Positions 17,685 through 26,906 of a stretch of 64,000 bases of DNA are shown piece by piece. Both the position numbers and the translations under genes were made by a program. Each line of letters starts with the position of its first letter. Position 1 is the first letter of the stretch. This DNA is from an uncultured Candidatus Saccharibacteria bacterium (lineage in GTDB: Bacteria; Patescibacteriota; Saccharimonadia; Saccharimonadales; CAZJQT01): NCBI GenBank assembly GCA_964636215.1, contig CAZWRJ010000002.1, positions 20,967 to 84,966 of the forward strand. Direction: 5' to 3'. Under the pieces are notes generated by a model. The model did no database searches, was not told the DNA's origin, and was given only the letters and a program-made list of their open reading frames with translations.

Positions 17685-19184
17685 ATGGCTTTTAAGGGTA
17701 AAACAAACGACAATTCTTTTCGCAGAGTTAATGAGTACCTCGGTGGCTATGTTGAATTATCTTCACACAAAGTTCCTCGATTATTTCTGGTAGGACTACT
17801 AGGGGTAATTTTTATGTACATCGGTGTTGCCGGAACCATATCTGTGAATGCCCCTTGGTTAGTGAGGGGCGACACCACGCAACATGTGGATTATGTTTGG
17901 CGTCTGTACAATGGTCAATTACCTAAAAGGAGCGACGGCATACAGTATCCGCCTTTTGTACAAGCTGCCGGCAAATATAAACCACAAGCAGCATCTAAAA
18001 GCCCACCCCTGTTTTATGCTATACATGCTCCATTTGTTGGCCCATTGCTTAATAGTGGTAACTGGACCCTAGCTATCGGTGTCGGCCGGGCGATTAACAT
18101 TTTTCTGGGTGTACTATGTATTGTCGCCCTTAGCTGGGGTGGATGGCTATTTGGTGGCTCACGAAAATGGCTTCATGCTGTCACGGTGCCAGCCCTTAGT
18201 GTTTTAATTTTCAGATTCACAAGACTAAATGTAGATTACGCCAATGACGTTCTTTTAGTGTTAATGAGTACATTATCGGTAATATATAGTTATAAATTGA
18301 TAGTATTGGGGCCAACCCGAAAAAACTTAATACTTATTACACTTATTTCGGCCGCCGGGATGTTAACCAAGGTATCATTCATAGTTTTCCTGCTTACTAA
18401 TGGCTTTGCCGTTTTTGTTTCCTATTTGCTGCGCAGTAAAAAAATAAAAAGTTACAAAGATATTACAAAACTTCTCATACCTCCTGCGTTAGTTGTTATA
18501 GCTGCCTTGGCTGCCTCAGCTTGGTACTACTATATACGTGATTATAAAATAAGTGGTAATTGGTTTAGCGCTGTTCCATTTTCAAAACACGGGTCTGGAA
18601 GAGTGGTAAGGTCATTCAAAGATGTTATTACTAGTTCTGATCTTTGGGGATTGTTTTATGTGAATTACTTTAGGTCTGCCGCAATTTCGATTGCCATAAC
18701 TAGCTTTTCTTTAGCCGGGATATTAAGCATAAAAGTGAATTCTTATAAGGAGTTCATAAAAAACAAAAAGCTATTTTTGTCAGTTTGCATCATGCTACTA
18801 GGGGCTCTTGGGATTTTTTGCACTCAGCTCCAACATGCAGACGGAACCGGTTCTATAAATTTCAGATATATGCTACCTGCGCTTTTGCCATTCGGGCTCT
18901 TTCTATCTTATGGTCTCAATCAGATTAGATGGGCTAGGGGAGCCTTTGCTGCTATAGCAGCTATAGCTATGGGGGCTACTTCCATACAAGCGTTTGCTAG
19001 CCCTATCTCCACTTTTTTTAAAAACGGTTTAATAAACAAGTTCCTAGGAGGTATTTTCACCGCAGCTGGCAACAATCACGTGCCCGCCGTGATAACGGCA
19101 TCTATAGTATTGGCCTTTGCCGCCGGCTGCTTAGCCTTTGCATGTGCCCTATTCGGCTTATCGACTAAAAAATACCAGACCTAG
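17685..19184 (+). CDS. Polytopic membrane protein, GT-C-like (ArnT/PMT-type) putative glycosyltransferase
   Basis: 499 aa with about 12 TM helices and a large hydrophilic first loop. It sits in the glycan cluster next to a polyprenyl-phosphate GT2. The family assignment rests on architecture only. Confidence 0.45.
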   Translation: MAFKGKTNDNSFRRVNEYLGGYVELSSHKVPRLFLVGLLGVIFMYIGVAGTISVNAPWLVRGDTTQHVDYVWRLYNGQLPKRSDGIQYPPFVQAAGKYKPQAASKSPPLFYAIHAPFVGPLLNSGNWTLAIGVGRAINIFLGVLCIVALSWGGWLFGGSRKWLHAVTVPALSVLIFRFTRLNVDYANDVLLVLMSTLSVIYSYKLIVLGPTRKNLILITLISAAGMLTKVSFIVFLLTNGFAVFVSYLLRSKKIKSYKDITKLLIPPALVVIAALAASAWYYYIRDYKISGNWFSAVPFSKHGSGRVVRSFKDVITSSDLWGLFYVNYFRSAAISIAITSFSLAGILSIKVNSYKEFIKNKKLFLSVCIMLLGALGIFCTQLQHADGTGSINFRYMLPALLPFGLFLSYGLNQIRWARGAFAAIAAIAMGATSIQAFASPISTFFKNGLINKFLGGIFTAAGNNHVPAVITASIVLAFAAGCLAFACALFGLSTKKYQT

Positions 19185-20644
19185 AAAACAGTCTTTATGT
19201 CTTTAATCACGTCATTGCGTATATGATTCGAGTTTCCATTAAACCATCGAGGCCCTGTCAGTAATAGGTACGATGGTAGACTCGACAAGAAGAAAACTAA
19301 AATTACAAACATCGTAAAGATTGGTAAGAAAACTTTCCTATAGAATTTAATCTTATAGATGTAGAAAGAAAAGACCAGGTAGAGTAATGGAAGTGAGAAA
19401 AATGCGTATCTGCCCTGGACGGCAAAGTCGAACGAACCATAACGATTATAAACTCCGTTATTTTTGATTATCAAAATAACTATATAAGCTAGTGACATAA
19501 GCAGGAGCAAGATTATATTTTTATCTTTTCTGCTTATATTTCTGACTAGAGACAAAAACCCTACTACAAAAATTAGTTGTATAGCAATAAGTAGCGACGA
19601 AAACGGAAGCATAACCTCGTGTGCAAAAACACCATATATTCGTTTGCCCATCAGTACAGCCCAGTCTCCAGAGTACTCCAAGATATTTTTGGTTGGCGCT
19701 GGTCTAGCAGAATTATTCAGGGTTTCACTACGTCTAAATAAAGCGCTTTCACGGCATTGATCAATCGTTAGAACACGATCACAAGCAGGACTCGGGGATC
19801 TGTATTTTACAATATTACCTATATACTTTTGGACAAATAAACCTGACAGAAGTAAGATAAAAATAGTTGTAGCTATGTATGCAAAACGTTCTGAGGCGAC
19901 GTAGCTTTTTCTAAGTTTGTTGACTAATAGGCCTAGCTTTCTGTACTTTAAATAAACCGATACGAGCAAGATAATTATGAGCGTCGCGGCAACTACTAAG
20001 AAATTAACCTTTACCAAGCTGCCGGCCAGTATAATCGACACGAAATAAAGACTATCTTTTACGTTTAAATTGCTCATCAACCTTAAGGTCAGTAAAACGC
20101 CGGCCATAGACAAAGCAATGAACAAATTGTCGTAACTTACCGATCCACTTATGAACGAAAACATGAGCGTATTTACCAAAATAAATATACTGAGATTGGT
20201 TACAAAATTAGAAAATTTTAAATACTTAGCAATTTTGTATACCAAAAATATTGATACTAAGCTTAGGCATATATTCGTTACTCTGAGCAATAGCAAAGAA
20301 TTTAAATGGATAAACAGGTGATTAGGCAAACTTAAAAAATAGTGGTACAAGAAAAACGGGGACCGTGTAACCTCACCCAGAGAGTAGTAACCGTTCTGGT
20401 TATGTATAAATGGCAGCCACCCATTTTTGGTGAATAGTTGTATTAGATTGAAATGATACGTCTCGTCCGGTGGTACGCCAAAGCGAGTTGTAATAGCAAA
20501 GAATAAGGCTTGTATGACAAACCACGTATAACAAAAAACTAAAAAGGCTTTTGAAGATACAAACAAAAGCACCTTGCTAAACATATTATCTACCTTAGAA
20601 GTTTTTTTTGGTGCCTTACTACTAACTTGCTTCATTTCTTGCAT
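19181..20644 (-). CDS. Polytopic membrane protein, GT-C-like (DUF2142/ArnT-type) putative glycosyltransferase
   Basis: 487 aa with about 12 TM helices. The first extracytoplasmic loop carries GVPPDETYHF, an acidic D/E motif typical of GT-C enzymes. It is convergent with 17685-19184 and overlaps it by 4 nt. Confidence 0.5.
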   Translation of the reverse strand: MQEMKQVSSKAPKKTSKVDNMFSKVLLFVSSKAFLVFCYTWFVIQALFFAITTRFGVPPDETYHFNLIQLFTKNGWLPFIHNQNGYYSLGEVTRSPFFLYHYFLSLPNHLFIHLNSLLLLRVTNICLSLVSIFLVYKIAKYLKFSNFVTNLSIFILVNTLMFSFISGSVSYDNLFIALSMAGVLLTLRLMSNLNVKDSLYFVSIILAGSLVKVNFLVVAATLIIILLVSVYLKYRKLGLLVNKLRKSYVASERFAYIATTIFILLLSGLFVQKYIGNIVKYRSPSPACDRVLTIDQCRESALFRRSETLNNSARPAPTKNILEYSGDWAVLMGKRIYGVFAHEVMLPFSSLLIAIQLIFVVGFLSLVRNISRKDKNIILLLLMSLAYIVILIIKNNGVYNRYGSFDFAVQGRYAFFSLPLLYLVFSFYIYKIKFYRKVFLPIFTMFVILVFFLSSLPSYLLLTGPRWFNGNSNHIRNDVIKDIKTVF

Positions 20645-20652
20645 ATATTTAT

Positions 20653-21936
20653 TTACAATCCTATTCCTCTGTACACGATGGAATTGTCTATAAGCGATTG
20701 TTTAATCTCCCTCAGTAAATTACGGCCATCAATTACTACTTTTACTTCGGATTGTTTTAAAGATTTTAGCGTTAGGCTTTCAGCAAATTCTTTATGAGCA
20801 GTAGCTATAATTATTGCATCAGCTTCTATCAAAGCCGCTTGTAAAGTTTTAGCAGAATTAGTGCCACTAAATAAATAAGGATCATAGGTGGTAATTTTTA
20901 CACCACGTTGCTTTAGAATATTCAAAATGTCATACGAAGGACTTTCTCGATCATCTCCAACGTTGGCTTTAAACGACAGCCCGAGCAGAGTGACTTTAGT
21001 ACCTTTTAATGACTTGGCTATTTCATTAAGCGCCTCTTCCAGAAGATCCACAGTATATGCTGGCATACCATCATTAATTTTGCGGGCAAGACGTAGGAAC
21101 TCATGGTTGAAGCCATAACTGCTGGCATATTCGATTAGATAATAAGGATCCACAGGTATACAGTGCCCTCCAACTCCACAACCTGGATGATGTGCCATAA
21201 AAGAAAACGGTTTAGTAGAAGCACCATCGATCACATTTTCTATATTTATTCCAAGTTTATGAAAACTCATTGCCAGTTCGTTTACAAAAGCAATGTTTAT
21301 GTCTCGAAAAGAGTTCTCAACTACTTTAACTGCCTCAGCCTCCTTAAGACTTGCCATTGGTTTTATCTCAGCATCAATCAACGATTCGTATAATTCCTTG
21401 GCAATTGTTAGTTCTGTTTTGGTATTTGCACCTATAACTCGGCTAATATTACTCACATTCCATTTAGTATCACCCGGATTTATCCTCTCAGGACAATATG
21501 CCAAATAAATATCTTTACCAATCTTGTGCTTTGTTATGCTTTCAATCAGAGGGACCACTATCTCGTCGCATACCCCAGGGTTTACAGTGGATTCCAATAC
21601 TACAAGGGTTTTGGATTGCAGAAAGGGAGATATAGCCTCAAAAGCGCCTCTAATTGGTCTGAGGTCTGGCTCTTTATTTTTAGTGACTGGCGTAGGAACG
21701 CAAACAATAACGGCATCGGCTTGCTTAATTACGCTTGGATTTGTAGAGAATTTAACTGATGAATTAGAAAGTTCTTTGTCGTCCACATCCGTAATCGGCG
21801 ATTTACTCGATTTTAATAACGACACCCTCTCCTTACTTATGTCTAAGCCTGTAACCGAATAGCCTTTTCGATCTGCGAGTAAAGCCAACGGCAACCCAAC
21901 ATATCCAAGTCCAACTACGACTATATTTCTCAACAT
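20653..21936 (-). CDS. Nucleotide-sugar dehydrogenase (UDP-ManNAc/UDP-GlcNAc 6-dehydrogenase type, WecC/Cap5O-like)
   Basis: N-terminal Rossmann motif IVVVGLGYVGLPLA and catalytic-region motif GVGGHCIPVDP. I prefer ATG 21936, preceded by GGAG, over the TTG 21975 given in the track. Confidence 0.82.
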   Translation of the reverse strand: MLRNIVVVGLGYVGLPLALLADRKGYSVTGLDISKERVSLLKSSKSPITDVDDKELSNSSVKFSTNPSVIKQADAVIVCVPTPVTKNKEPDLRPIRGAFEAISPFLQSKTLVVLESTVNPGVCDEIVVPLIESITKHKIGKDIYLAYCPERINPGDTKWNVSNISRVIGANTKTELTIAKELYESLIDAEIKPMASLKEAEAVKVVENSFRDINIAFVNELAMSFHKLGINIENVIDGASTKPFSFMAHHPGCGVGGHCIPVDPYYLIEYASSYGFNHEFLRLARKINDGMPAYTVDLLEEALNEIAKSLKGTKVTLLGLSFKANVGDDRESPSYDILNILKQRGVKITTYDPYLFSGTNSAKTLQAALIEADAIIIATAHKEFAESLTLKSLKQSEVKVVIDGRNLLREIKQSLIDNSIVYRGIGL

Positions 21937-21990
21937 TACTCCATTATGGTAAGTAGACTGATACAATAATAACAATTAACAGGGAAAATC

Positions 21991-22977
21991 ATGAAACTTT
22001 TAGTGATTTCAATCTGCAAAGATGAGTCAGAAACCATCGGTAAGGTGCTGGATGGCATACCGAAAAACATACCAGGCATAACTCGAATAGAAAAGTGGGT
22101 AATTGATGACGGGAGTGTTGACGATACTCCGCAAGTAGCCAGAAATCATGGCGCACAAGTTATAGCAGACGGTGTAAATAAAAAATTGGCTTTCCGCTTC
22201 AGAGAAGCCCTAGACCTAGCTCTTAATAATAATGCAGATGTGTTAGTTAATATTGACGGTGATATGCAGTTTAATCCTGCTGATATACCTAAATTCATTA
22301 AGCCAATTGTTGATGATGAAGCAGATTTTGTGGCTGCTGATCGTTTTACTAATCCTGAGACTGGAAGTGCGCGACGACCTGAAAATATGCCACTGGGAAA
22401 ATACCTGGGCAATAGATTAGGAACGTTCATTGTAGGACGCCTAAGCAAACAAAATTTTGCCGATGTCACCTGTGGTTTTAGGGCCTATAACAGAAACGCC
22501 TTAATAGCCCTGAATATAAATAGTGAATATACCTATACCCAAGAGTCATTTCAGGTTTTAGCCATGAAAAAACTTAGGATTCAATCAGTACCCGTAAAAG
22601 TTACTTACTTTGCTGGCCGAAAATCCAGGGTAGTAAAAGGCTTTAGTAAATTCGTGCTTGGTAGTGCGATTAATATACTCCGGGCATACCGTGACTATGC
22701 TCCGCTTAGATTCTTTGGGATATTAGGGTTTTTGTTTTTTCTACCAGGCACACTATTGATAGGGTTTACAGGTATGCACTGGTTGAACACGGGTGCTTTC
22801 AGTCCATATAAAGCTTTTGGTTTAACAGGCTTATACCTTTTTACCATGAGTCTTTTTATTTGGGCGATTGGTTTAGTAGCCGACATGCTAGACCGGAGTT
22901 TAAATAATCAAGAGAAAATACTTGAAATTACCAAAAAAGCCTATTATGCAAAAAAAGATACAAACAAAAAAGATTAA
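21991..22977 (+). CDS. Polyprenyl-phosphate glycosyltransferase, GT2 (GtrB/DPM1-like) with two C-terminal TM helices
   Basis: 328 aa with LLVISICKDESETIG..IDDGSVDDT..NIDGDMQF, followed by C-terminal hydrophobic helices (FFGILGFLFFLPGTLLIGF; LYLFTMSLFIWAIGLV). Confidence 0.78.
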   Translation: MKLLVISICKDESETIGKVLDGIPKNIPGITRIEKWVIDDGSVDDTPQVARNHGAQVIADGVNKKLAFRFREALDLALNNNADVLVNIDGDMQFNPADIPKFIKPIVDDEADFVAADRFTNPETGSARRPENMPLGKYLGNRLGTFIVGRLSKQNFADVTCGFRAYNRNALIALNINSEYTYTQESFQVLAMKKLRIQSVPVKVTYFAGRKSRVVKGFSKFVLGSAINILRAYRDYAPLRFFGILGFLFFLPGTLLIGFTGMHWLNTGAFSPYKAFGLTGLYLFTMSLFIWAIGLVADMLDRSLNNQEKILEITKKAYYAKKDTNKKD

Positions 22978-24052
22978 AGTTTGTTATGTAATCTGTTACA
23001 AGGATCCAAAATACATAAGGTCCAGAGTACTTCTAAGTGCACTTGGTTTAGCAAAAGATCTAGAAATTACAAAAGTAACTAATACACACATAGGACCAAT
23101 TAGGTATATAGAAACAATTACTAAGCTTATTTGGGTGAGGCTAACAGTTAGACCACAGGTTTATATTCTGGGCTTTAGAGGACACGACATATTTTTACCA
23201 GTACGCCTTATCACTCTAGGCAAACCCCTTATATTTGATGAGTTTATAAACATATATGATTGGGTTGTACTAGAGCATAAAAAATTTCCCCAAGATTCTT
23301 TTATTGCAAAAACCGTAAAGTTTTATAGTAGATTGTGCCTGCAGACTAGTACCAGGATCATCACTGACACAAATTTGAATGCGGATTTTTCAAGTTCCCT
23401 TCACGGTATTCCCAGGGAAAAATACTTCACAATTTACGTTGGTACTGACGAAGAAACGTTTAGATCTGAACCAGAGTCAAGGTCAATAGACAAAGAATTG
23501 TCGGTTTTTTTCTACGGTACGATGTTACCTCTACATGGGGTGAATATTATTCTAAAAACAATTAAATCTCTTGCACATACATCCATTAAATTTGTAATTA
23601 TAGGTGGGAAGGATAACAAAAAAGTACCAGAACAAATAAGCACATTTATTTCTAAACATCATATACAAAATTTATTGTACAAGCCTTGGGTTGACTATAA
23701 GTATTTACCTGAGTACATAAATAAGGCAGATATTTGCCTGGCTGGACCATTCGGAGGTACGTCACAAGCAAAAAAAGTAATCACTGGCAAAGCCTTCCAA
23801 TTCATATCCATGGGTAAGCCAACCGTCATAGGTTCAATAAATGAAGCCGCGGGGTTTCAAGATAAATATAATGCAATAGTCATTAAGCAGAACTCATCTA
23901 AGGCCTTATCAGATGCCATATTATGGGCTGACAGTCACAGAGAAAAATTACAGAATATCGGTAATAGGGGTAGGCAATTATTTGAAGCTAGGTTTTCAAA
24001 TCAAATTATATGTAAAAAACTCCAGAGGTTGATAAAAGAAACACTAGTTTAA
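22946..24052 (+). CDS. Glycosyltransferase-like protein (GT-B fold)
   Basis: The region reads KIKVCYVICY...FFYGTMLPLHGVNIILKTIKSL..FVIIGG..ITGKAFQFISMGKPTVIG. I prefer ATG 22946 over TTG 22922. It overlaps the upstream gene by 32 nt. Confidence 0.6.
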   Translation: MQKKIQTKKIKVCYVICYKDPKYIRSRVLLSALGLAKDLEITKVTNTHIGPIRYIETITKLIWVRLTVRPQVYILGFRGHDIFLPVRLITLGKPLIFDEFINIYDWVVLEHKKFPQDSFIAKTVKFYSRLCLQTSTRIITDTNLNADFSSSLHGIPREKYFTIYVGTDEETFRSEPESRSIDKELSVFFYGTMLPLHGVNIILKTIKSLAHTSIKFVIIGGKDNKKVPEQISTFISKHHIQNLLYKPWVDYKYLPEYINKADICLAGPFGGTSQAKKVITGKAFQFISMGKPTVIGSINEAAGFQDKYNAIVIKQNSSKALSDAILWADSHREKLQNIGNRGRQLFEARFSNQIICKKLQRLIKETLV

Positions 24053-24092
24053 ATCCGTTTTGCGCAAGGGTTATTTCATCACCTTTTAGAAC

Positions 24093-24971
24093 TTAGTGAT
24101 TTAATTTTTCTTGCCATTCTTTTTCATTACCGTAGCCAAGAGTGTTCATAAGGGGATTACAAATTTTGTCAATTTCATTACATTCTATGCTATCCCATTT
24201 TTGCCATCCAGGCACACTACTAAATCTAGACTTATTAACTGCTGTGTGTTTTTGATCACCCTTTACTAATTTTTGTTCTATCCCAATTATTTTAACAATT
24301 TTGCTAAGCTCACTCTGAGTTTCATCAAATAAATCTTCAAATCGAATTCTACGATAGTGTTTTAGTTTACTGCCAGAACTAATTAATTCCGCGTTAGCTA
24401 TTTTCCAATAGCCAGCTGCTTTCATTTTTGTAGATAAAGATTTTTTTAAACCTAAGATCTTACCCACATTAGGTAACCAAAAGGGGACATACTTATTAAA
24501 AAGTAGTTTTATACCAAACGCATTACCATGATTTAATGACGAACGTATGTACTCTCTCGGGTCCCTAACTATTTGGATTACCAGGGGTTGATTAAAAACT
24601 TTATCAAGAACTGGGGCGAAACCTAACAAATATGGATTTGATTCAATATATGTACCGGTCTTAATGTCCGATATTAATTTTTCTCTTTTTTGCCACAATA
24701 CAGCCTCCATATAATCGTTGCTAACCTTACCGTCTAAATAAGCCATCGACCACATACGAAGAATTCGTGAAGGCTTTGGTTCGTGAAGTGCAACTGTGTT
24801 TTTAAATTTACCGAAATAATCTGCAAAAAATTTAGTGCCGGTTCTGCCAGAAGATAATATAAAGACAACCCGAACACCCTTTAGTAATGTTGAGTGGTTC
24901 TTGTTCGGCCGAAGCCTAGGTGTAATTAAACGTAATAATATAGGTGCACGGCTAGAAGGGTTCTTTAACAT
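24093..24971 (-). CDS. Sulfotransferase family protein
   Basis: 292 aa with a 5'-PSB-like loop (FILSSGRTGTKFF) and a 3'-PB-like IVRDPREYIRSS, the architecture of PAPS-dependent Sulfotransfer_3-type enzymes. Confidence 0.7.
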   Translation of the reverse strand: MLKNPSSRAPILLRLITPRLRPNKNHSTLLKGVRVVFILSSGRTGTKFFADYFGKFKNTVALHEPKPSRILRMWSMAYLDGKVSNDYMEAVLWQKREKLISDIKTGTYIESNPYLLGFAPVLDKVFNQPLVIQIVRDPREYIRSSLNHGNAFGIKLLFNKYVPFWLPNVGKILGLKKSLSTKMKAAGYWKIANAELISSGSKLKHYRRIRFEDLFDETQSELSKIVKIIGIEQKLVKGDQKHTAVNKSRFSSVPGWQKWDSIECNEIDKICNPLMNTLGYGNEKEWQEKLNH

Positions 24972-25080
24972 GTATATGTAAGTTTAACTGATGAATTAAA
25001 TACATTGAAGTTTTTATAGTACACAAATAATACTCTGGTCTTAGTAGTCGGCGCTATGTCATAATCAGACCGCACAATTT

Positions 25081-26034
25081 ATGAAAAAAAATCTATCTAA
25101 ATTAATTACTTTTGGCTTCCTAGCAATATTCATCGCCTACGTAATAAAGAATCCGGATGTTTTTAGTGGTCTAAGAAACGTTTCAATCATCTTTTTGATC
25201 TTAATAGCACTCGGCAGAATGCTAGTTTTCACAAGTAATGGCCTGTTTATTAAGTGGACAGCTGAATCATTTACACGAAAACTAACCACTGGCGAGGGTA
25301 TTTACGTGGGCATTTTGTCCGCAATAGGTAATTTCTTTGGCCCGCTTCTAGGAGGGGCTAGTATCCGTGCAGTTTATCTTAAGAAGGTTCACAATCTTGC
25401 GTACAGTCACTTCACATCGACACTACTTGGATATTACTTAATACTTTTTATCATAAATTGCGTAGCAGCCCTGACATCGTTAACACTGTTACCAAAGACA
25501 AGTCAGACCAAAGGTTTAGTTTTGTTCTTTCTAATATGGCTAATCGTCATGATACTTTCTATGGCTTTAAAATTACCTAGACGAGACAAACTCAAAAAAG
25601 TTGAAGAAAAAAGGTTAGGGAAAAAGATAGTCTCGGTCATGTACGATATTGAATATGGTTGGCATAGAATTGTGCATGATAAAAAATTACTTGTCAGACT
25701 TTTCTTCTTATCAATACTCAGCTACCTTGCTAGTTATTTTATATCGTTCATAGAATTCCGAGCCATAGGAGCACACATTGGTATTGCTCAATTAGGGCTT
25801 TATACTGCGGTCGTAGCAATCTCACTATTAATTAGTATTACTCCTGGGGCTATTGGAATCAGGGAAGGTCTGCTTTTGTTTGTTAGTACTACAATTGGTG
25901 TATCGAACGAGCAAATACTACAAGTGGCAGTCATTGATAGAGCAGTAATGTTCAGCCTTTTATTCCTGATGTTTATGGTCACACGGAGTAAAAAATTAAA
26001 ACGACTTTTTACAGCTCGTGATATTGCCGTGTAA
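25081..26034 (+). CDS. UPF0104 / LPG-synthase-TM (flippase-like) family membrane protein
   Basis: 317 aa with about 8 TM helices and the conserved TPGAIGIREG motif near the C-terminus. Confidence 0.65.
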   Translation: MKKNLSKLITFGFLAIFIAYVIKNPDVFSGLRNVSIIFLILIALGRMLVFTSNGLFIKWTAESFTRKLTTGEGIYVGILSAIGNFFGPLLGGASIRAVYLKKVHNLAYSHFTSTLLGYYLILFIINCVAALTSLTLLPKTSQTKGLVLFFLIWLIVMILSMALKLPRRDKLKKVEEKRLGKKIVSVMYDIEYGWHRIVHDKKLLVRLFFLSILSYLASYFISFIEFRAIGAHIGIAQLGLYTAVVAISLLISITPGAIGIREGLLLFVSTTIGVSNEQILQVAVIDRAVMFSLLFLMFMVTRSKKLKRLFTARDIAV

Positions 26035-26135
26035 AATTACTGCGACTAGTTGGTCGACTAGGCCTGTGGTACATTCAATAGGTTATCAGAGGTGCTAATG
26101 GCAAAACATTTGAATGAACCAGCGGCGGGAAGTTA

Positions 26136-26906
26136 ATGGACGATCTTGCTGAAGCTATTTGCCATATTGCTCGGGGGGCGGGAGATATAATTATGTCTGT
26201 ATATAATTCCGATGACTTTGATATACAGATAAAAGCTGGCAATTTCCCAGTTACTAGAGCCGATAAAGCCGCCGATAAATTTATATCAGATGAGCTGAAA
26301 AAGATATCCAATCTGCCTGTTATATCTGAAGAGGGCGAGAGTAATGCCGATGTAGGAGATGAATTTTGGTTGGTAGATCCGCTAGATGGTACCAGGGAGT
26401 TTATTGATAAAAATGGTGAGTTCACGGTAAATATTGGTCTAATCAAGAACGGCAAACCCGCAATGGGGGTTGTTTATGCGCCAGCTATTAGTGAACTCTA
26501 CGTAGGTACAGTTGGCGAAGGGGCATACAAGCAATCATCAAAAGGGGCTGAAAAACTATCTGCCTTATTTCAAGACAAAATACCTATAGTTGTTGTTAGC
26601 CGTTCACATAAAGACGAAACAACTACCAAACTACTCAAAAAAATCGGTAAACATCAAGAAATAAAAATGGGTTCATCAATGAAGCTGTGCCTTGTTGCTG
26701 AAGGCAGAGCTATGCTCTATCCTCGCCTTGCTCCAACGTACCTATGGGACACGGCTGCGGCTGACGCAGTTGTCAGAGCGGCAGGCGGCACTGTCCAGGA
26801 CCTAGGTGGTAATGAACTTGTGTATGATCCAAAAATTAGTATTAAGAACCCTTATTTTGTGGTAGCCACAAAAAATACAATTGATTGGCAAACTGCCATT
26901 AACTAG
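26136..26906 (+). CDS. cysQ: 3'(2'),5'-bisphosphate nucleotidase (PAP phosphatase), inositol monophosphatase superfamily
   Basis: 256 aa with ISEEG, WLVDPLDGTREF, GSSMKLCLVAEG and WDTAAADAVVRAAGG, the CysQ-type motif set. Confidence 0.8.
   Translation: MDDLAEAICHIARGAGDIIMSVYNSDDFDIQIKAGNFPVTRADKAADKFISDELKKISNLPVISEEGESNADVGDEFWLVDPLDGTREFIDKNGEFTVNIGLIKNGKPAMGVVYAPAISELYVGTVGEGAYKQSSKGAEKLSALFQDKIPIVVVSRSHKDETTTKLLKKIGKHQEIKMGSSMKLCLVAEGRAMLYPRLAPTYLWDTAAADAVVRAAGGTVQDLGGNELVYDPKISIKNPYFVVATKNTIDWQTAIN

Noticed and set aside
21937-21975. Longest-ORF starts given in the track: TTG 21975 (dehydrogenase), TTG 22922 (GT), 53806 (Mur ligase), 32994 (LexA-like), GTG 33448 (ABC) and TTG 51415.
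   Set aside because: The extensions add non-conserved residues upstream of recognisable N-termini and would overlap divergent or upstream genes. Internal ATGs with an SD or a coupling overlap fit better: 21936, 22946, 53725, 33024, 33463 and 51451.
24053-24092. The palindrome TTGCGCAA between convergent genes as a bidirectional terminator.
   Set aside because: This is an 8-bp perfect palindrome with no loop and no flanking U-runs on either strand, so it is not a credible intrinsic terminator.
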